Assembly (NCBI GenBank): GCA_963719495.1
Contig: CAVRCI010000001.1
Location: 192,001 to 256,000 of the forward strand
Length of the DNA stretch: 64,000 nt
Source: an uncultured Verrucomicrobiae bacterium
GTDB taxonomy: Bacteria; Verrucomicrobiota; Verrucomicrobiia; Chthoniobacterales; JAATET01
Reading direction: 5' to 3'
Shown here: positions 1 to 9,481 of the stretch, in pieces
Layout of the letters: each line of letters starts with the position of its first letter
Position numbering within the stretch: position 1 is the first letter of the stretch
Position numbers and translations under genes: made by a program
Notes under the pieces: generated by a model
Database searches by the model: none
What the model was told of the DNA's origin: nothing
The model's input: only the letters and a program-made list of their open reading frames with translations

Positions 1-1702
1 CCGGCTGATCCTGCTGATCGCCTTCCTCACCCTTTTGATCGTCCGGCTTCCCGTCCTCGCCCTTTTCATCCTGCTGATCCTGCTGGTCTTCCTGGTCGTC
101 GCCCTCTTCGCCTTCTTTTTGCTGATCGTCCTTCTCCTGATCCTGTTTCTGATCGTCCTGGTTCTGATCCTCTTTCTGCTCGTCGTCCTTTTTCTCCTGA
201 TCCTGCTTTTGCTGTTCCTGCTCCTTTTCGAGGTCCTCAAGCATCTTCTTCACGATGTCGCGATTCTCTTCCGCCTGGCTGTTGCCGGGATCCAGATCCA
301 GCGCCGCCGTGTAGTGGTCGATGGCATCCGTCCAATCCGCCTTTTTCGACTCGGCGGACTGCGCCGCCTCACCCCGCCGCGTCAGCGAGTTCCCCAGATT
401 GTAGGACGCATCCTCCCGCAGCCCCTCGTCCTCCGCCAGCAGCGCCTCGGTGAAGAGGTCGACCGCCTTGGCGTAGTCGCCCGACTGGTAGGCCGCTGCC
501 CCGGCGTTGAACTTGAGCTTCTCCGACTCCGGCAGCCGCGACGCCTCGTCTTCAAACTCCGCCATCGCCCCCGCGTAATCCCCGGCCCGATAACTCGCGA
601 ACCCATCCGCGCGACCCACGCCCGTTCCCACCAGAAGCAGAACCCCCACGCGCACCGCCACCCGGGTCGCCGACTTCCGCCGCGACCACCGACCTTCGCC
701 CAGCAAAATCCAGAGCGTCAGACAGACCAACGCCGCCCCCAGCGGCCATTGATATTGCTCGATTGGTTGCCGCGACGACATCATGCCAGTCTCCTGCTCC
801 TCGAGCGGCTCGATTCCTCGCTGAAACAGCTCGCGCGCCACGTCCGGCGTGAGCTGCGTGTAAAATCCGCCCGTCACCTCCGCAATCTCACCGAGCCGGA
901 CCGCGTCCAGCTTCGACTGCACCGGTTGCCCCGACGCGTCACGGACGAATTCCTGCCGCCCATCCGGGGTCAGCACCGGAATCAACGCCCCTTCGGCGGA
1001 CCCCAGGCCAATCGTGAAAATCCGAATCCCCTCCTCGCCCGCCCGCTTCGCCGCGGCCACACCGTCCGCGTCGAGTTCTTCTCCATCCGTCAAAATCACG
1101 AGCGCCCGAATCACACCCTCGGCCTTCCCAAACGCGTCGATCGCCGTCTGGATCGCCGCCGCCAGGTTCGATCCACCCCGCGGGATCACGTTCGTGTCCA
1201 GCTCGTCGAGCGTCGTCAGCACCGCGTTGTAATCCAGCGTCAGCGGAGCCTGCAAAAACGCCGATCCCGCGAACGCGATCACCCCCAACCGGTCCCCGCG
1301 CAGCAACCGCATCAAATCCTGCGACACCAACTTCGCCCGCGCCAGCCGCGTCGGCGTCACGTCGGTCGCCAGCATGCTCCGCGACGTGTCGACCGCCAGC
1401 AGCACGTCCCGACCCTTCGTTTTGATTTCGCGCTGAACGTATCCCATCCGCGGCTTCGCCATCGCCACGATCGCGAGACCGATCGCCAGCAACACGAGCC
1501 CCGCGCGCGTCCAGCGCATTGTCGGATTCACGCCCGAAGCGAGTTGCTGCCGCAGCCGCGGCGCGACGATCCGCCCGATCAACGCGCTCCGTTTCGCCTG
1601 CGCCCGCCAAAAAAAGACCGCCAGCGTCGGCACCAACAACAGCGCCCACAGCCAAAGCGGCTCTCCGAAGGTCAGAGCGGTTTCTACGGCAGTCGTTTCC
1701 AT
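1..1702 (-). CDS. BatB/BatC-like VWA + TPR protein with Q/D/K/E-rich low-complexity tail (3' end outside window)
   Basis: Not in the ORF track because its stop lies outside the window. Read by hand from ATG at 1702: METTAVETALTFGEPLWLWALLLVP..., then a VWA MIDAS motif (DVSRSM, LTDGEE), TPR-like repeats and a QDQQDQK-type tail. Overlaps the batA stop. Confidence 0.85.
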   Translation of the reverse strand, partial: METTAVETALTFGEPLWLWALLLVPTLAVFFWRAQAKRSALIGRIVAPRLRQQLASGVNPTMRWTRAGLVLLAIGLAIVAMAKPRMGYVQREIKTKGRDVLLAVDTSRSMLATDVTPTRLARAKLVSQDLMRLLRGDRLGVIAFAGSAFLQAPLTLDYNAVLTTLDELDTNVIPRGGSNLAAAIQTAIDAFGKAEGVIRALVILTDGEELDADGVAAAKRAGEEGIRIFTIGLGSAEGALIPVLTPDGRQEFVRDASGQPVQSKLDAVRLGEIAEVTGGFYTQLTPDVARELFQRGIEPLEEQETGMMSSRQPIEQYQWPLGAALVCLTLWILLGEGRWSRRKSATRVAVRVGVLLLVGTGVGRADGFASYRAGDYAGAMAEFEDEASRLPESEKLKFNAGAAAYQSGDYAKAVDLFTEALLAEDEGLREDASYNLGNSLTRRGEAAQSAESKKADWTDAIDHYTAALDLDPGNSQAEENRDIVKKMLEDLEKEQEQQKQDQEKKDDEQKEDQNQDDQKQDQEKDDQQKEGEEGDDQEDQQDQQDEKGEDGKPDDQKGEEGDQQDQP

Positions 1703-2706
1703 ATCGTTTGTGAAAGCAGCACTTCGCCCGTGATCAACGTCACGCCCAGCAGCACGAACCAATGAAACCAATCCGTGTATTGGGCGACCTTTTCAACCTC
1801 GACCTTGCTTTTTTCCAGCTGATCGATTTCGCCAAAAATTTCCTCCAACGACGCCGTGTTCGTCGCCCGAAAGTATTCGCCGCCCGAGATCGCGGCGATC
1901 TGCTTGAGCGCTTCCTCGTCGAACTGCACGGGCACGTTCTGGTAGCCCACGATCCTTCCACCCTGCGCCCGCATCGGATACGGCGCCAGTCCCCGCGTCC
2001 CAGCGCCAATCGTGTAGATCCGGATCCCCAGCGCTTCCGCCGCCTCGGCCGCGGTCAATGGCGTGACCTTGCCCGAATTATTATCCCCGTCGGTCAGCAA
2101 CACGATCAGCTTCGTCTTCGCCTCCTTGTCCTTGAGCCGGTTCGCCGCCGACGCGATCGCCGACCCAATGGCCGTCCCGTCCTCGACCAGCCCAATTTGC
2201 ACCCGCTCGAGATTCCTCAGCAGCCAATCGTGGTCCAGCGTGAGCGGACTCACGAGGTAAGCCTGACCCGCGAACGCCACGATCCCGATCCGGTCGTTCG
2301 GCCGCTGCTCGATGAATTCGCGGGTCACCCGCTTGACCGCCTCAAGCCGGTTCGCCCGCTGCGTCCCGATGGAGAAATCCTCCGCCAGCATCGAGCCCGA
2401 CACGTCGATCGCCAGCATGATGTCGATCCCGCTCGCTTCGGTCCGCGTGATCGTCTGACCCGATTGCGGCCGCGCCGCCGCGATCACGAACGCCGCAAAG
2501 GCCACCAGCGAAAGCGCCGTGAGCAGGTCCCCCGCCCGCGACCGCCGCCGCACCCCGATGGCCTCCAACGTCGTCGTCGACGAAAACACCACGCCCGGCG
2601 TCCCTCCGAACTTCCCCTTCAGCACCGCCAGGATCGGAATGAGCACCAGCAAGCTCAGCACCCACGGATACGCAAACCCGACACCGAATATCTCGAACTC
2701 GTTCAC
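1684..2706 (-). CDS. batA: BatA-like VWA domain membrane protein
   Basis: N-terminal FAYPWVL TM segment, MIDAS DVSGSM, PLTLDH, GTAIG, LLTDG, C-terminal TM; MoxR operon context. Confidence 0.88.
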   Translation of the reverse strand: MNEFEIFGVGFAYPWVLSLLVLIPILAVLKGKFGGTPGVVFSSTTTLEAIGVRRRSRAGDLLTALSLVAFAAFVIAAARPQSGQTITRTEASGIDIMLAIDVSGSMLAEDFSIGTQRANRLEAVKRVTREFIEQRPNDRIGIVAFAGQAYLVSPLTLDHDWLLRNLERVQIGLVEDGTAIGSAIASAANRLKDKEAKTKLIVLLTDGDNNSGKVTPLTAAEAAEALGIRIYTIGAGTRGLAPYPMRAQGGRIVGYQNVPVQFDEEALKQIAAISGGEYFRATNTASLEEIFGEIDQLEKSKVEVEKVAQYTDWFHWFVLLGVTLITGEVLLSQTIWKRLP

Positions 2707-3218
2707 GCCCGCACCCCCTTCGCGCTCTCTTCGACGAACCCTGCCGCACTCTCGAGCAGCGCCCGGCTGTCCTCCTCCGTCGCGTGGACCCGCGCAAATT
2801 TAATGAGATCCGCCTTCTCGAGAAATGTCGCCAGCAAGGCCCGCTCCTCGTCCGAGAAATTCCGATCCTCAGCGATGTCCGCCAGGAATTCCATCGTCGT
2901 CCGCGTCGTCGCCCGCCGCCCCCGAGTCTCCTCGATGAATCGCCGCAGCACCTCGGATACCTCGATGCTGAAATCGTAGACGTCCGTAGTCGCCACCCGC
3001 TCCCTCAACCCAGCCAGCTTCCGCCGAGCCCGATCCCGACTCGAAACCACGCGCCCGGGCCTTTTCCGCAAAACGAAGAACCAAACCAGCAGCCCGACCA
3101 ACGCCACCACGGCAAGCGCCGCCAGCACCACCATCCAAACCGGATAGGGAAAAAACTCCACCGGCCCCGCAATGTCATGCAAGGGAGCCGGGGTCGCCGC
3201 TGGAACTTCAGGATTCAT
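2703..3218 (-). CDS. DUF4381-like single-TM protein of the Bat operon
   Basis: LHDIAGPV, a TM helix, TTMEFL and ADLIKFA; sits between DUF58 and batA. Confidence 0.75.
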   Translation of the reverse strand: MNPEVPAATPAPLHDIAGPVEFFPYPVWMVVLAALAVVALVGLLVWFFVLRKRPGRVVSSRDRARRKLAGLRERVATTDVYDFSIEVSEVLRRFIEETRGRRATTRTTMEFLADIAEDRNFSDEERALLATFLEKADLIKFARVHATEEDSRALLESAAGFVEESAKGVRA

Positions 3219-3253
3219 TCACCACCAATCACTATTCACTAATCACCAATCAC
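3217..3253. repeat. Degenerate 7-mer tandem array (ACCAATC/ACTATTC type)
   Basis: attcaccaccaatcactattcactaatcaccaatcac; abuts the ATG at 3218. Confidence 0.8.
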
Positions 3254-3266
3254 GCGCCACCCGCGC

Positions 3267-4151
3267 TCACCCACCCTGCCTCCGCTCGCGTTTCTCGAAA
3301 AATGCCCGCAGCGGCAGCAAATAATCCCGGTCGGTCCGGAGCGGGATCACGTCGATCCGCCGTTTGCGAAAGAGCCGCTCCAACTCGGCGTGGCGCTGAT
3401 CCTGAATCGCCACGAAGGCATTCGCCACCGACCGCGTCGACGTATTGATGTCGATCTGCCGGCCCGTCTCGGCGTCCTGCAGCGTGATGATCCCGATCTC
3501 GGGCAATTCCTCCTCGCCGGGATCGATCACTGGCATTGCCACCAGATCGTGCCTCTTGCCGGTGAGCGTGAGCGCCGTCGAAAAATCGGGACTGAAAAAA
3601 TCGGAGATCAAAAACACCACCGCCTTCCGAGGGACCACCTTGTTCAGATAATCGAGCGCCGCGCCAACGTTCGTTCCTCGCATCCGCGGCTCGAAGTAGA
3701 TCATTTCCCGAATCAGCCGCAGCGTGTGCAGCCGCCCCTTCTTCGGCGGAATGAAAAGCTCCACCTCGTCCGTGAAGAGCAGCAACCCGACCTTGTCGTT
3801 GTTCTGAATCGCGCTGAACGCGAGGATCGACGCCACCTCCGCCGCCAGCTCCCGCTTGCTGTTCTCGACGCTGCCGTAATCACCCGAAGCGCTCACGTCC
3901 ACGAGCAGCATCACCGTCATCTCGCGCTCCTCGGTGAATTTCTTCACGAACGGCGCATCCATCCGCGCCGTCACGTTCCAGTCGATTGTCCGAATCTCGT
4001 CCCCCGCCACGTATTCGCGAACTTCTTCGAAATTCATCCCCCGCCCCTTGAACACGCTCTGATAAGCCCCCGCAAAGGAAGCTTCGACCAGCCGCCGCGT
4101 GCGCAGCTCGAGCCTCCGGATCTTTTTGAGGATTTCCTTGGGGTCGTTCAC
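3267..4151 (-). CDS. DUF58 family protein (MoxR-associated)
   Basis: GRGMNFEEVREYVAGDEIRTIDWNVTAR, DVSASG, LISDF. Confidence 0.92.
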   Translation of the reverse strand: MNDPKEILKKIRRLELRTRRLVEASFAGAYQSVFKGRGMNFEEVREYVAGDEIRTIDWNVTARMDAPFVKKFTEEREMTVMLLVDVSASGDYGSVENSKRELAAEVASILAFSAIQNNDKVGLLLFTDEVELFIPPKKGRLHTLRLIREMIYFEPRMRGTNVGAALDYLNKVVPRKAVVFLISDFFSPDFSTALTLTGKRHDLVAMPVIDPGEEELPEIGIITLQDAETGRQIDINTSTRSVANAFVAIQDQRHAELERLFRKRRIDVIPLRTDRDYLLPLRAFFEKRERRQGG

Positions 4152-4624
4152 TTCGGGTTCGTGAATGGGGAATGGTGAACGGTGAATGGTGGGAATGCCT
4201 CCTCGCTAAAGTCTTCCTGGACCACGGAACGATAATCAGTGTCGGGGGCGTTTTTGCAGAAATCATCCGCACGATCCATCATACGACAAAGCCGACCGCC
4301 CAGGCGTTGGTAGTGGTCAAGGAGGGGTGCAAACTGCTCGTCCGTCAGGTAGCCATCGAGCCTCGCGTGATCGATCCACGCCTGCGTTTCATTCGCTTCG
4401 CCTAATGCCTCGTCCAGCTTACTGATGAAGACTTTGACGTATCTCCGTCGTCCCCAAGCCTCGGCGATCATCGCTCCGACGGCTCGCGAGCTTCGCCGAA
4501 CCTGACCCGTCATCGAAAAGCGCTCATCTCGCGGAAAGACTTTCGTAATCTCGAAGATCCGGTGAGCACCGTCCCGAGCAGCCTGATAAACGATCAAATC
4601 CAAAAACGACTTAGCAACTGCCAT
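4148..4624 (-). CDS. Four helix bundle protein (23S rRNA-IVP/TIGR02436-like family)
   Basis: SFLDLIVYQ, FPRDERFSMTGQVRRSSRAVGAMIAEAW, GEANETQAW; start taken as ATG 4624; the C-terminus reads through a 7-mer array. Confidence 0.88.
   Translation of the reverse strand: MAVAKSFLDLIVYQAARDGAHRIFEITKVFPRDERFSMTGQVRRSSRAVGAMIAEAWGRRRYVKVFISKLDEALGEANETQAWIDHARLDGYLTDEQFAPLLDHYQRLGGRLCRMMDRADDFCKNAPDTDYRSVVQEDFSEEAFPPFTVHHSPFTNPK
4161..4191. repeat. 7-mer tandem array (GTGAATG type), inverted relative to 4633-4663
   Basis: gtgaatggggaatggtgaacggtgaatggtg. Confidence 0.85.
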
Positions 4625-4632
4625 CGAACCCC

Positions 4633-4663
4633 CACCATTCACCATTCACCATTCACCAATCAC
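4633..4663. repeat. 7-mer tandem array (CACCATT type) upstream of the four-helix-bundle gene
   Basis: caccattcaccattcaccattcaccaatcac. Confidence 0.88.
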
Positions 4664-4677
4664 GGCTGTAACCAGCC

Positions 4678-5670
4678 TCACGGCACCGGAATCCCCGCGA
4701 AGATCTTCTCCACGATCATCTCGCTCGTCACCTCCTCCGCCTCCGCCTCGTAGCTCACGGCCACGCGATGCCTCAGGATGTCCAGCCCGATGCTCTTCAC
4801 GTCCTGCGGCGTCACGTAGCCCCGGCCCGCCAGATACGCGTTCGCCTTCGCGGCGAGCGTCAGGAAGATCGTCGCGCGCGGCGACGCGCCGTAGCGGATC
4901 ATTCCGTCCAGATTCAACTTGAACGATCTCGGGTCCCGGGTCGCCCAGACGATGTCGACGATGTAATCCTTCACCCGGTCGTCGACGAAGATCGCGTTCA
5001 CCGTCTCGCGCGCCCGGATGATCTGCTCCGGCTCGACCAGGGCGTTCACGTCCAGCTTTGGAGCCGACGTCGCCATCGCGTCCAGGATCGCCCGCTCCTC
5101 CGTGCGCGTTGGATAACCCACGTTCACCTTGAGCATGAACCGGTCGAGCTGCGCCTCCGGCAGTTGATAAGTCCCCTCCTGCTCGATCGGGTTCTGCGTT
5201 GCCAGCACCAGGAACGGATCCGGCAATTTGAACGTCTTCTCGCCGATGGTCACCTGCCGCTCCTGCATCGCCTCGAGCAGCGCGCTCTGGACCTTCGCCG
5301 GAGCGCGGTTGATTTCGTCGGCCAGGATCAGATTTGAAAAAATCGGACCCAGCTTTGTGCTGAATTCGCCGTCGCGCTGATTGTAGATCAGCGTGCCGAT
5401 CAAATCCGCCGGCAGCAGATCGGGAGTGAACTGCAGCCGCTGAAATCCCGTGTTGATGCTCGAAGCCAGCGTGCGCACCGTGAGCGTCTTCGCCAATCCC
5501 GGCACGCCCTCGAGGAGCACGTGGCCATTGGTGAGCAGCCCGACGAGCAGGCGCTCGACGAGCACGCTCTGACCCACCACCACCTTCCCGATTTCCCGCA
5601 GCAGCGGCTGCACCCATTGACTCGTCTCCTGGACTTCTCGATTCAGTTCCTGCGTTGTGACACTACTCAT
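4678..5670 (-). CDS. moxR: MoxR family AAA+ ATPase
   Basis: Walker A GVPGLAKT, QFTPDLLPAD, Walker B ILADEINR, ATQNPIEQEGTY, GASPR. Confidence 0.95.
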   Translation of the reverse strand: MSSVTTQELNREVQETSQWVQPLLREIGKVVVGQSVLVERLLVGLLTNGHVLLEGVPGLAKTLTVRTLASSINTGFQRLQFTPDLLPADLIGTLIYNQRDGEFSTKLGPIFSNLILADEINRAPAKVQSALLEAMQERQVTIGEKTFKLPDPFLVLATQNPIEQEGTYQLPEAQLDRFMLKVNVGYPTRTEERAILDAMATSAPKLDVNALVEPEQIIRARETVNAIFVDDRVKDYIVDIVWATRDPRSFKLNLDGMIRYGASPRATIFLTLAAKANAYLAGRGYVTPQDVKSIGLDILRHRVAVSYEAEAEEVTSEMIVEKIFAGIPVP

Positions 5671-5751
5671 AAATAAGGGGTAAGACTCTCGCGGGGACCT
5701 TCGCCCGTCGCGGAAATTCAGACAAGCGCCCGGCCAAGTCGTTCAAAATCA

Positions 5752-5773
5752 GCTCGGACGAATCCGCCCGAGC
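5752..5773. terminator. GC-rich hairpin downstream of the large secreted-protein gene; possible terminator
   Basis: gctcggacg-aatc-cgcccgagc stem with one mismatch. Confidence 0.35.
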
Positions 5774-5799
5774 CGCCTCGACTCAGGGGCAAAGGCGCG

Positions 5800-8700
5800 T
5801 CAGCGCTGCGGCTTGAAGATGATTTTCACCTTTTCGACGATGCGCTGTCCGTCCGCCGTGGTCGCCCGGACTTTCGCGATGACCTTCCTCCGATCCGGCA
5901 GTTTCCGCGCCCGGTAGATGAATCGATTGCCGCGGAGTTTGGCGTTTTTGAACCCACCCTTCCCGGCCTTCACTTCGATTCGCACGATGTCGCCGGTCAG
6001 CGTCCCCTTGATCTTCGCTTTCCCGCGCTTGCCGATGACCCTCCGAGGCGCGTCCACGGAAGGCGCAACCGTCGGCACGGGCGTTACGGGCACCGGCGGG
6101 GCCGCCGCGACCGGCTCGTAGTTCTGGTCATACGGCTCGTCACCAAAGTTCAACACCGAGACCACTTCCGACAACAGATTCGCGTAAGCCGAGTCCGCGC
6201 TGCTCGCCGTGATCCGCAAATCGTAGGCTCGATCGCCGTCGGGCTCGGCGTCGTCCTCCCCGGTGATGACCAGCATTTGTTGAAAATTCCAATTATCGGG
6301 CGTGAAAACGAACGACGTGGCCGACAGCCGACCTTCGGTGGGATCGAGCCCGCTGACCGTCAGCGTGACATCCGCCGACGGGCGGAAGGTCAGAGCCAGC
6401 TTGAGCGTTGCCGAGGCGCCCTGCTCCGACGTGTCGAGCGCAGTCTGTCCTTCGAGTTCGATCCCCGGCCCCGACCCGCCTTCGTTGTCGATGATGGACA
6501 CTTCGATCTCGTCCTGGCCCTTGACGTCCGAGGTCTCGAACGTGATTTGAAGGGCGAGGATGCGCTCCGGGATGGACCTCCCGTTGTCGATGGTCTCGAG
6601 AGCGATCGTTTTCGGGAGTTCGTCGCCGTCCACCCACGTCAGCTCCCCACTGGTCGCGACGTAGTCCGTGCCCGCGATCGCGGTTTTCTGAATCGCTCCG
6701 AAAGTCGCGGTGACCTCTCCCGGCACCGGCGGACGGGCGATCTCGATCTGTCCGGTCGTTCCCTCCCGCACCGTGACCAACGGACCCTTCGGCGGCGGCG
6801 GAGCCGCGAGGTCCGTCGAGAAAATCGCGCCATTCGTGCCACCCGCCACGACTCGACCGTCGGCCCCGACGGCTAAAGTCTGGAAGACCGTCCCCCCCTG
6901 ATTGGTCGGAACGATGACCCGCTTCCAGGTCGCTCCATCGTCGGCACTGGTCAGCGCAAAGACCTTGTTCACGTTGGACGGAGACGGCGTCCGGTAGGAA
7001 CCAATCGCCAGCCAGCGCGACCCCGACTGAACAACGTCCCAGATGTTCCAATTGAAAAATCCGTCTTCCACCTGCTCCTCGCTCAGATTCACCCGCACTC
7101 TCCATGAGTCGCCGTCGTCGTCACTGGTCAGGATCTCGTCCCGACCCAGCAGGAGAATGCGGCCCGTCGAGCTGGCACGGGCGCGTCTGACCTCGAGCAC
7201 CTTTGTCGCGGGATCGCCGGACACTCCGTCCAGGCCAGCGAGTGATTGGAGGACGGCACTCCGGGTCCAGGTCTCGCCATTGTCGTTGCTGATCACCAGG
7301 CTCGGATTGAACGACGCGAAGGTGTTCGTGGGCACAACGATCACGCCGCTCGTGGAGGTCACGATCGCTCGCGGCGTCTCGTTGAAGCCGAGCCCCGCGA
7401 CGCGCGGTGCCCAAGTCTCCCCATTGTCGTCGCTGACGTGAAAAACACCCCGATTGCTGGCGTTTTTCCCCACCGCCGCCATCACCAGTCGACCCGTCGC
7501 TGTCTCCGTGAAAAAGAAGCCCCCGGACGAGGAGTCGCCGCCCACGTTTCGCGTTTGCCAAGTGAATCCCAGGTCGTCACTCACCCGAACCGACTGCGTC
7601 CCGACACCCGGGTGAACCAGACGTCCGCCGATCTCGACCATCCCAAATCCGTTCTCGCCCGGAGCCCGCAGCTCCCACGTCAGACCATTGTCCAAGCTGG
7701 CCCAGATCCCATCATTGGCAGTCGCGAAGACGACCCCACCGAATCTCCCGATGACCCTCAAATCCGGCCCCACCCCGGGGTCCCAGGTTTTCGTCCACGA
7801 ACTGCCGGAGTCCGTGCTCCGCCACGCCGACTCGCTCGTTCCGACCGCCACCAGCGACGACGCTCCCGTCTGCACGGTCGCTCCCCGCGCGCGCACCGTC
7901 GCATCGGCCACGCTCCAGGTCTGGCCCGAAGTGGTGCGGTAGGCACCCTGCCCGACCGCCGCGATTCCACTACTGGTCCCGAACGAATCTCCGTAGATCC
8001 GGGGCTGCGCGTAGGCCGTCCAGGAACGAGCGCCATCGAAAGGATTTGGCGAGACGAGCGAATAGATCGCATCGACCCGTCCCGTGTCGATGAACCCATC
8101 CTTCGGAATGAATTGCGCCGCCTGGGCCACGTAATTCCCGCCCTGCACGACGACGTCCAGCAGCCAGAGCGCACGCCGATTTTCGAACGAAAGCTGATTC
8201 CCCGAGCTGTCGGAGATCGACGCATTCGACATCGTGTAACCATTCCAGCCCGAGCCATCCGCGCTGTCCAAAGCGGTCGACAAACCCGTGGCCACCATCC
8301 GCCCCCCCGCGTTCGCGACCTTCGACAACGGACCGAACGCAAATTTCGCCTGGGTCCACGTCGAGCCATTCGAGCTCCGGTAGATCAGACCGCCAAGACT
8401 CCAGTAGCTGAAGAGTTGATTGCTCACCGTCGTCGTCCCGTAGGCGATCAACTCGCCGGTCGGACTCACGTGCAGCCCGGTCAGATTGACTCCGTAGAAG
8501 GTGAATCCGAGGAAATCCGCCGTGTCGAACGGGAATGGCTGACTTGTCCACGTCTCGCCATTGTCACTGCTGCGGAGCACGGTCGTCTTCGCCGCAAAGG
8601 CAAACCGCCCGCCCGGCGCGTCGGTCATCACCGACGCCAGGGCCACCACGCTCGTCGCACCGCCGAAGGCCTGAATCGCGGAGACGCCGCCGCTCACCCG

Positions 8701-8949
8701 CGACCCGTCGACCCGGATCTCACGGAATTTCCAATTCGATCCATTGTCGTCGCTGATCATGAGCCCGCCGCCGGAGCTCACCGCGATGATTCGTCCCGTC
8801 CCCGTCTGCGTGGCGGCGATGTAGGACAATCCCGGGGTCAGATCTCCGCGCCGCCCCGTCCATTCATCCCCCAATCGCTGACCCGATGCCGCGAAAACGG
8901 TCAATAACAGCAGCGAAATTCCACCCGAAATGCGACTCAATCGGTTCAT
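5800..8949 (-). CDS. Large secreted protein: Asp-box/BNR beta-propellers, Calx-beta-like and cadherin-like repeats, Pro linker, basic C-terminal domain
   Basis: Signal peptide; many SxDxGxTW Asp-boxes; TAIAGTDYVATSGELTW (Calx-beta); FTPDNWN. Confidence 0.82.
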   Translation of the reverse strand: MNRLSRISGGISLLLLTVFAASGQRLGDEWTGRRGDLTPGLSYIAATQTGTGRIIAVSSGGGLMISDDNGSNWKFREIRVDGSRVSGGVSAIQAFGGATSVVALASVMTDAPGGRFAFAAKTTVLRSSDNGETWTSQPFPFDTADFLGFTFYGVNLTGLHVSPTGELIAYGTTTVSNQLFSYWSLGGLIYRSSNGSTWTQAKFAFGPLSKVANAGGRMVATGLSTALDSADGSGWNGYTMSNASISDSSGNQLSFENRRALWLLDVVVQGGNYVAQAAQFIPKDGFIDTGRVDAIYSLVSPNPFDGARSWTAYAQPRIYGDSFGTSSGIAAVGQGAYRTTSGQTWSVADATVRARGATVQTGASSLVAVGTSESAWRSTDSGSSWTKTWDPGVGPDLRVIGRFGGVVFATANDGIWASLDNGLTWELRAPGENGFGMVEIGGRLVHPGVGTQSVRVSDDLGFTWQTRNVGGDSSSGGFFFTETATGRLVMAAVGKNASNRGVFHVSDDNGETWAPRVAGLGFNETPRAIVTSTSGVIVVPTNTFASFNPSLVISNDNGETWTRSAVLQSLAGLDGVSGDPATKVLEVRRARASSTGRILLLGRDEILTSDDDGDSWRVRVNLSEEQVEDGFFNWNIWDVVQSGSRWLAIGSYRTPSPSNVNKVFALTSADDGATWKRVIVPTNQGGTVFQTLAVGADGRVVAGGTNGAIFSTDLAAPPPPKGPLVTVREGTTGQIEIARPPVPGEVTATFGAIQKTAIAGTDYVATSGELTWVDGDELPKTIALETIDNGRSIPERILALQITFETSDVKGQDEIEVSIIDNEGGSGPGIELEGQTALDTSEQGASATLKLALTFRPSADVTLTVSGLDPTEGRLSATSFVFTPDNWNFQQMLVITGEDDAEPDGDRAYDLRITASSADSAYANLLSEVVSVLNFGDEPYDQNYEPVAAAPPVPVTPVPTVAPSVDAPRRVIGKRGKAKIKGTLTGDIVRIEVKAGKGGFKNAKLRGNRFIYRARKLPDRRKVIAKVRATTADGQRIVEKVKIIFKPQR

Positions 8950-9039
8950 TGCGCAAGCCTGTTGCGCGGGGACTTGATCGACAAGCGGGAAATTTTCAGC
9001 AGCCGAGCGAAACCACCGCCGACAGCCAAATCGACGTTT

Positions 9040-9429
9040 TCACTTCACCAGGAGTGGCCCGACGTCGAACGAATCGCCGACCTCGACCGCGTCGTATTGC
9101 GCCTTGCCCAGCCAGACGTTGAACGGCTCCGGCGGTCCGTCCGTCTGCGGCACGTCGACCGTGAGAATGTATTCGCCCGCCTTTTTGCCGGTCTTCAAAC
9201 CATCTTCGCCGAAAGTGATCTGCTCCTCCGCCTGCGGCACGAATTCCTTCGCCACGACCGTCCCCGTCATCCGCGCGGCAACGACACCCTGACTGCTCAT
9301 CCAGAGGGCGAAAACAATCCCCGCCAGCACCAGGACGCCCATCGCCACCGCCGACACCACCAGGCCCCACGGCGTCTTCACCTTGATCGTTCGAGAATTG
9401 CGCTCCGGCATGGGGGGATGATACGCCAT
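9040..9429 (-). CDS. Hypothetical single-TM protein with a small beta-rich domain
   Basis: One TM helix, then GTVVAKEF...YDAVEVGD; plausible codon usage. Confidence 0.65.
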   Translation of the reverse strand: MAYHPPMPERNSRTIKVKTPWGLVVSAVAMGVLVLAGIVFALWMSSQGVVAARMTGTVVAKEFVPQAEEQITFGEDGLKTGKKAGEYILTVDVPQTDGPPEPFNVWLGKAQYDAVEVGDSFDVGPLLVK

Positions 9430-9481
9430 CAGTCGAGGCCGTCCCGAGTGAAAACTTGATCGGCGCGCCCCGAAGTCCTGG

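Noticed and set aside
1673..1675. Apparent CTG start for the BatB-like gene
   Set aside because: An in-frame ATG exists at 1702, overlapping the end of batA.
35..1765. 576-aa + strand ORF with a very hydrophobic N-terminus
   Set aside because: It is the antisense shadow of the BatB/C-like gene; the L/I/F/V run is the reverse complement of a Q/D/K/E tail.
4148..4624. Diversity-generating retroelement (Avd-like protein)
   Set aside because: No reverse transcriptase and no template/variable repeat pair are visible in the window.
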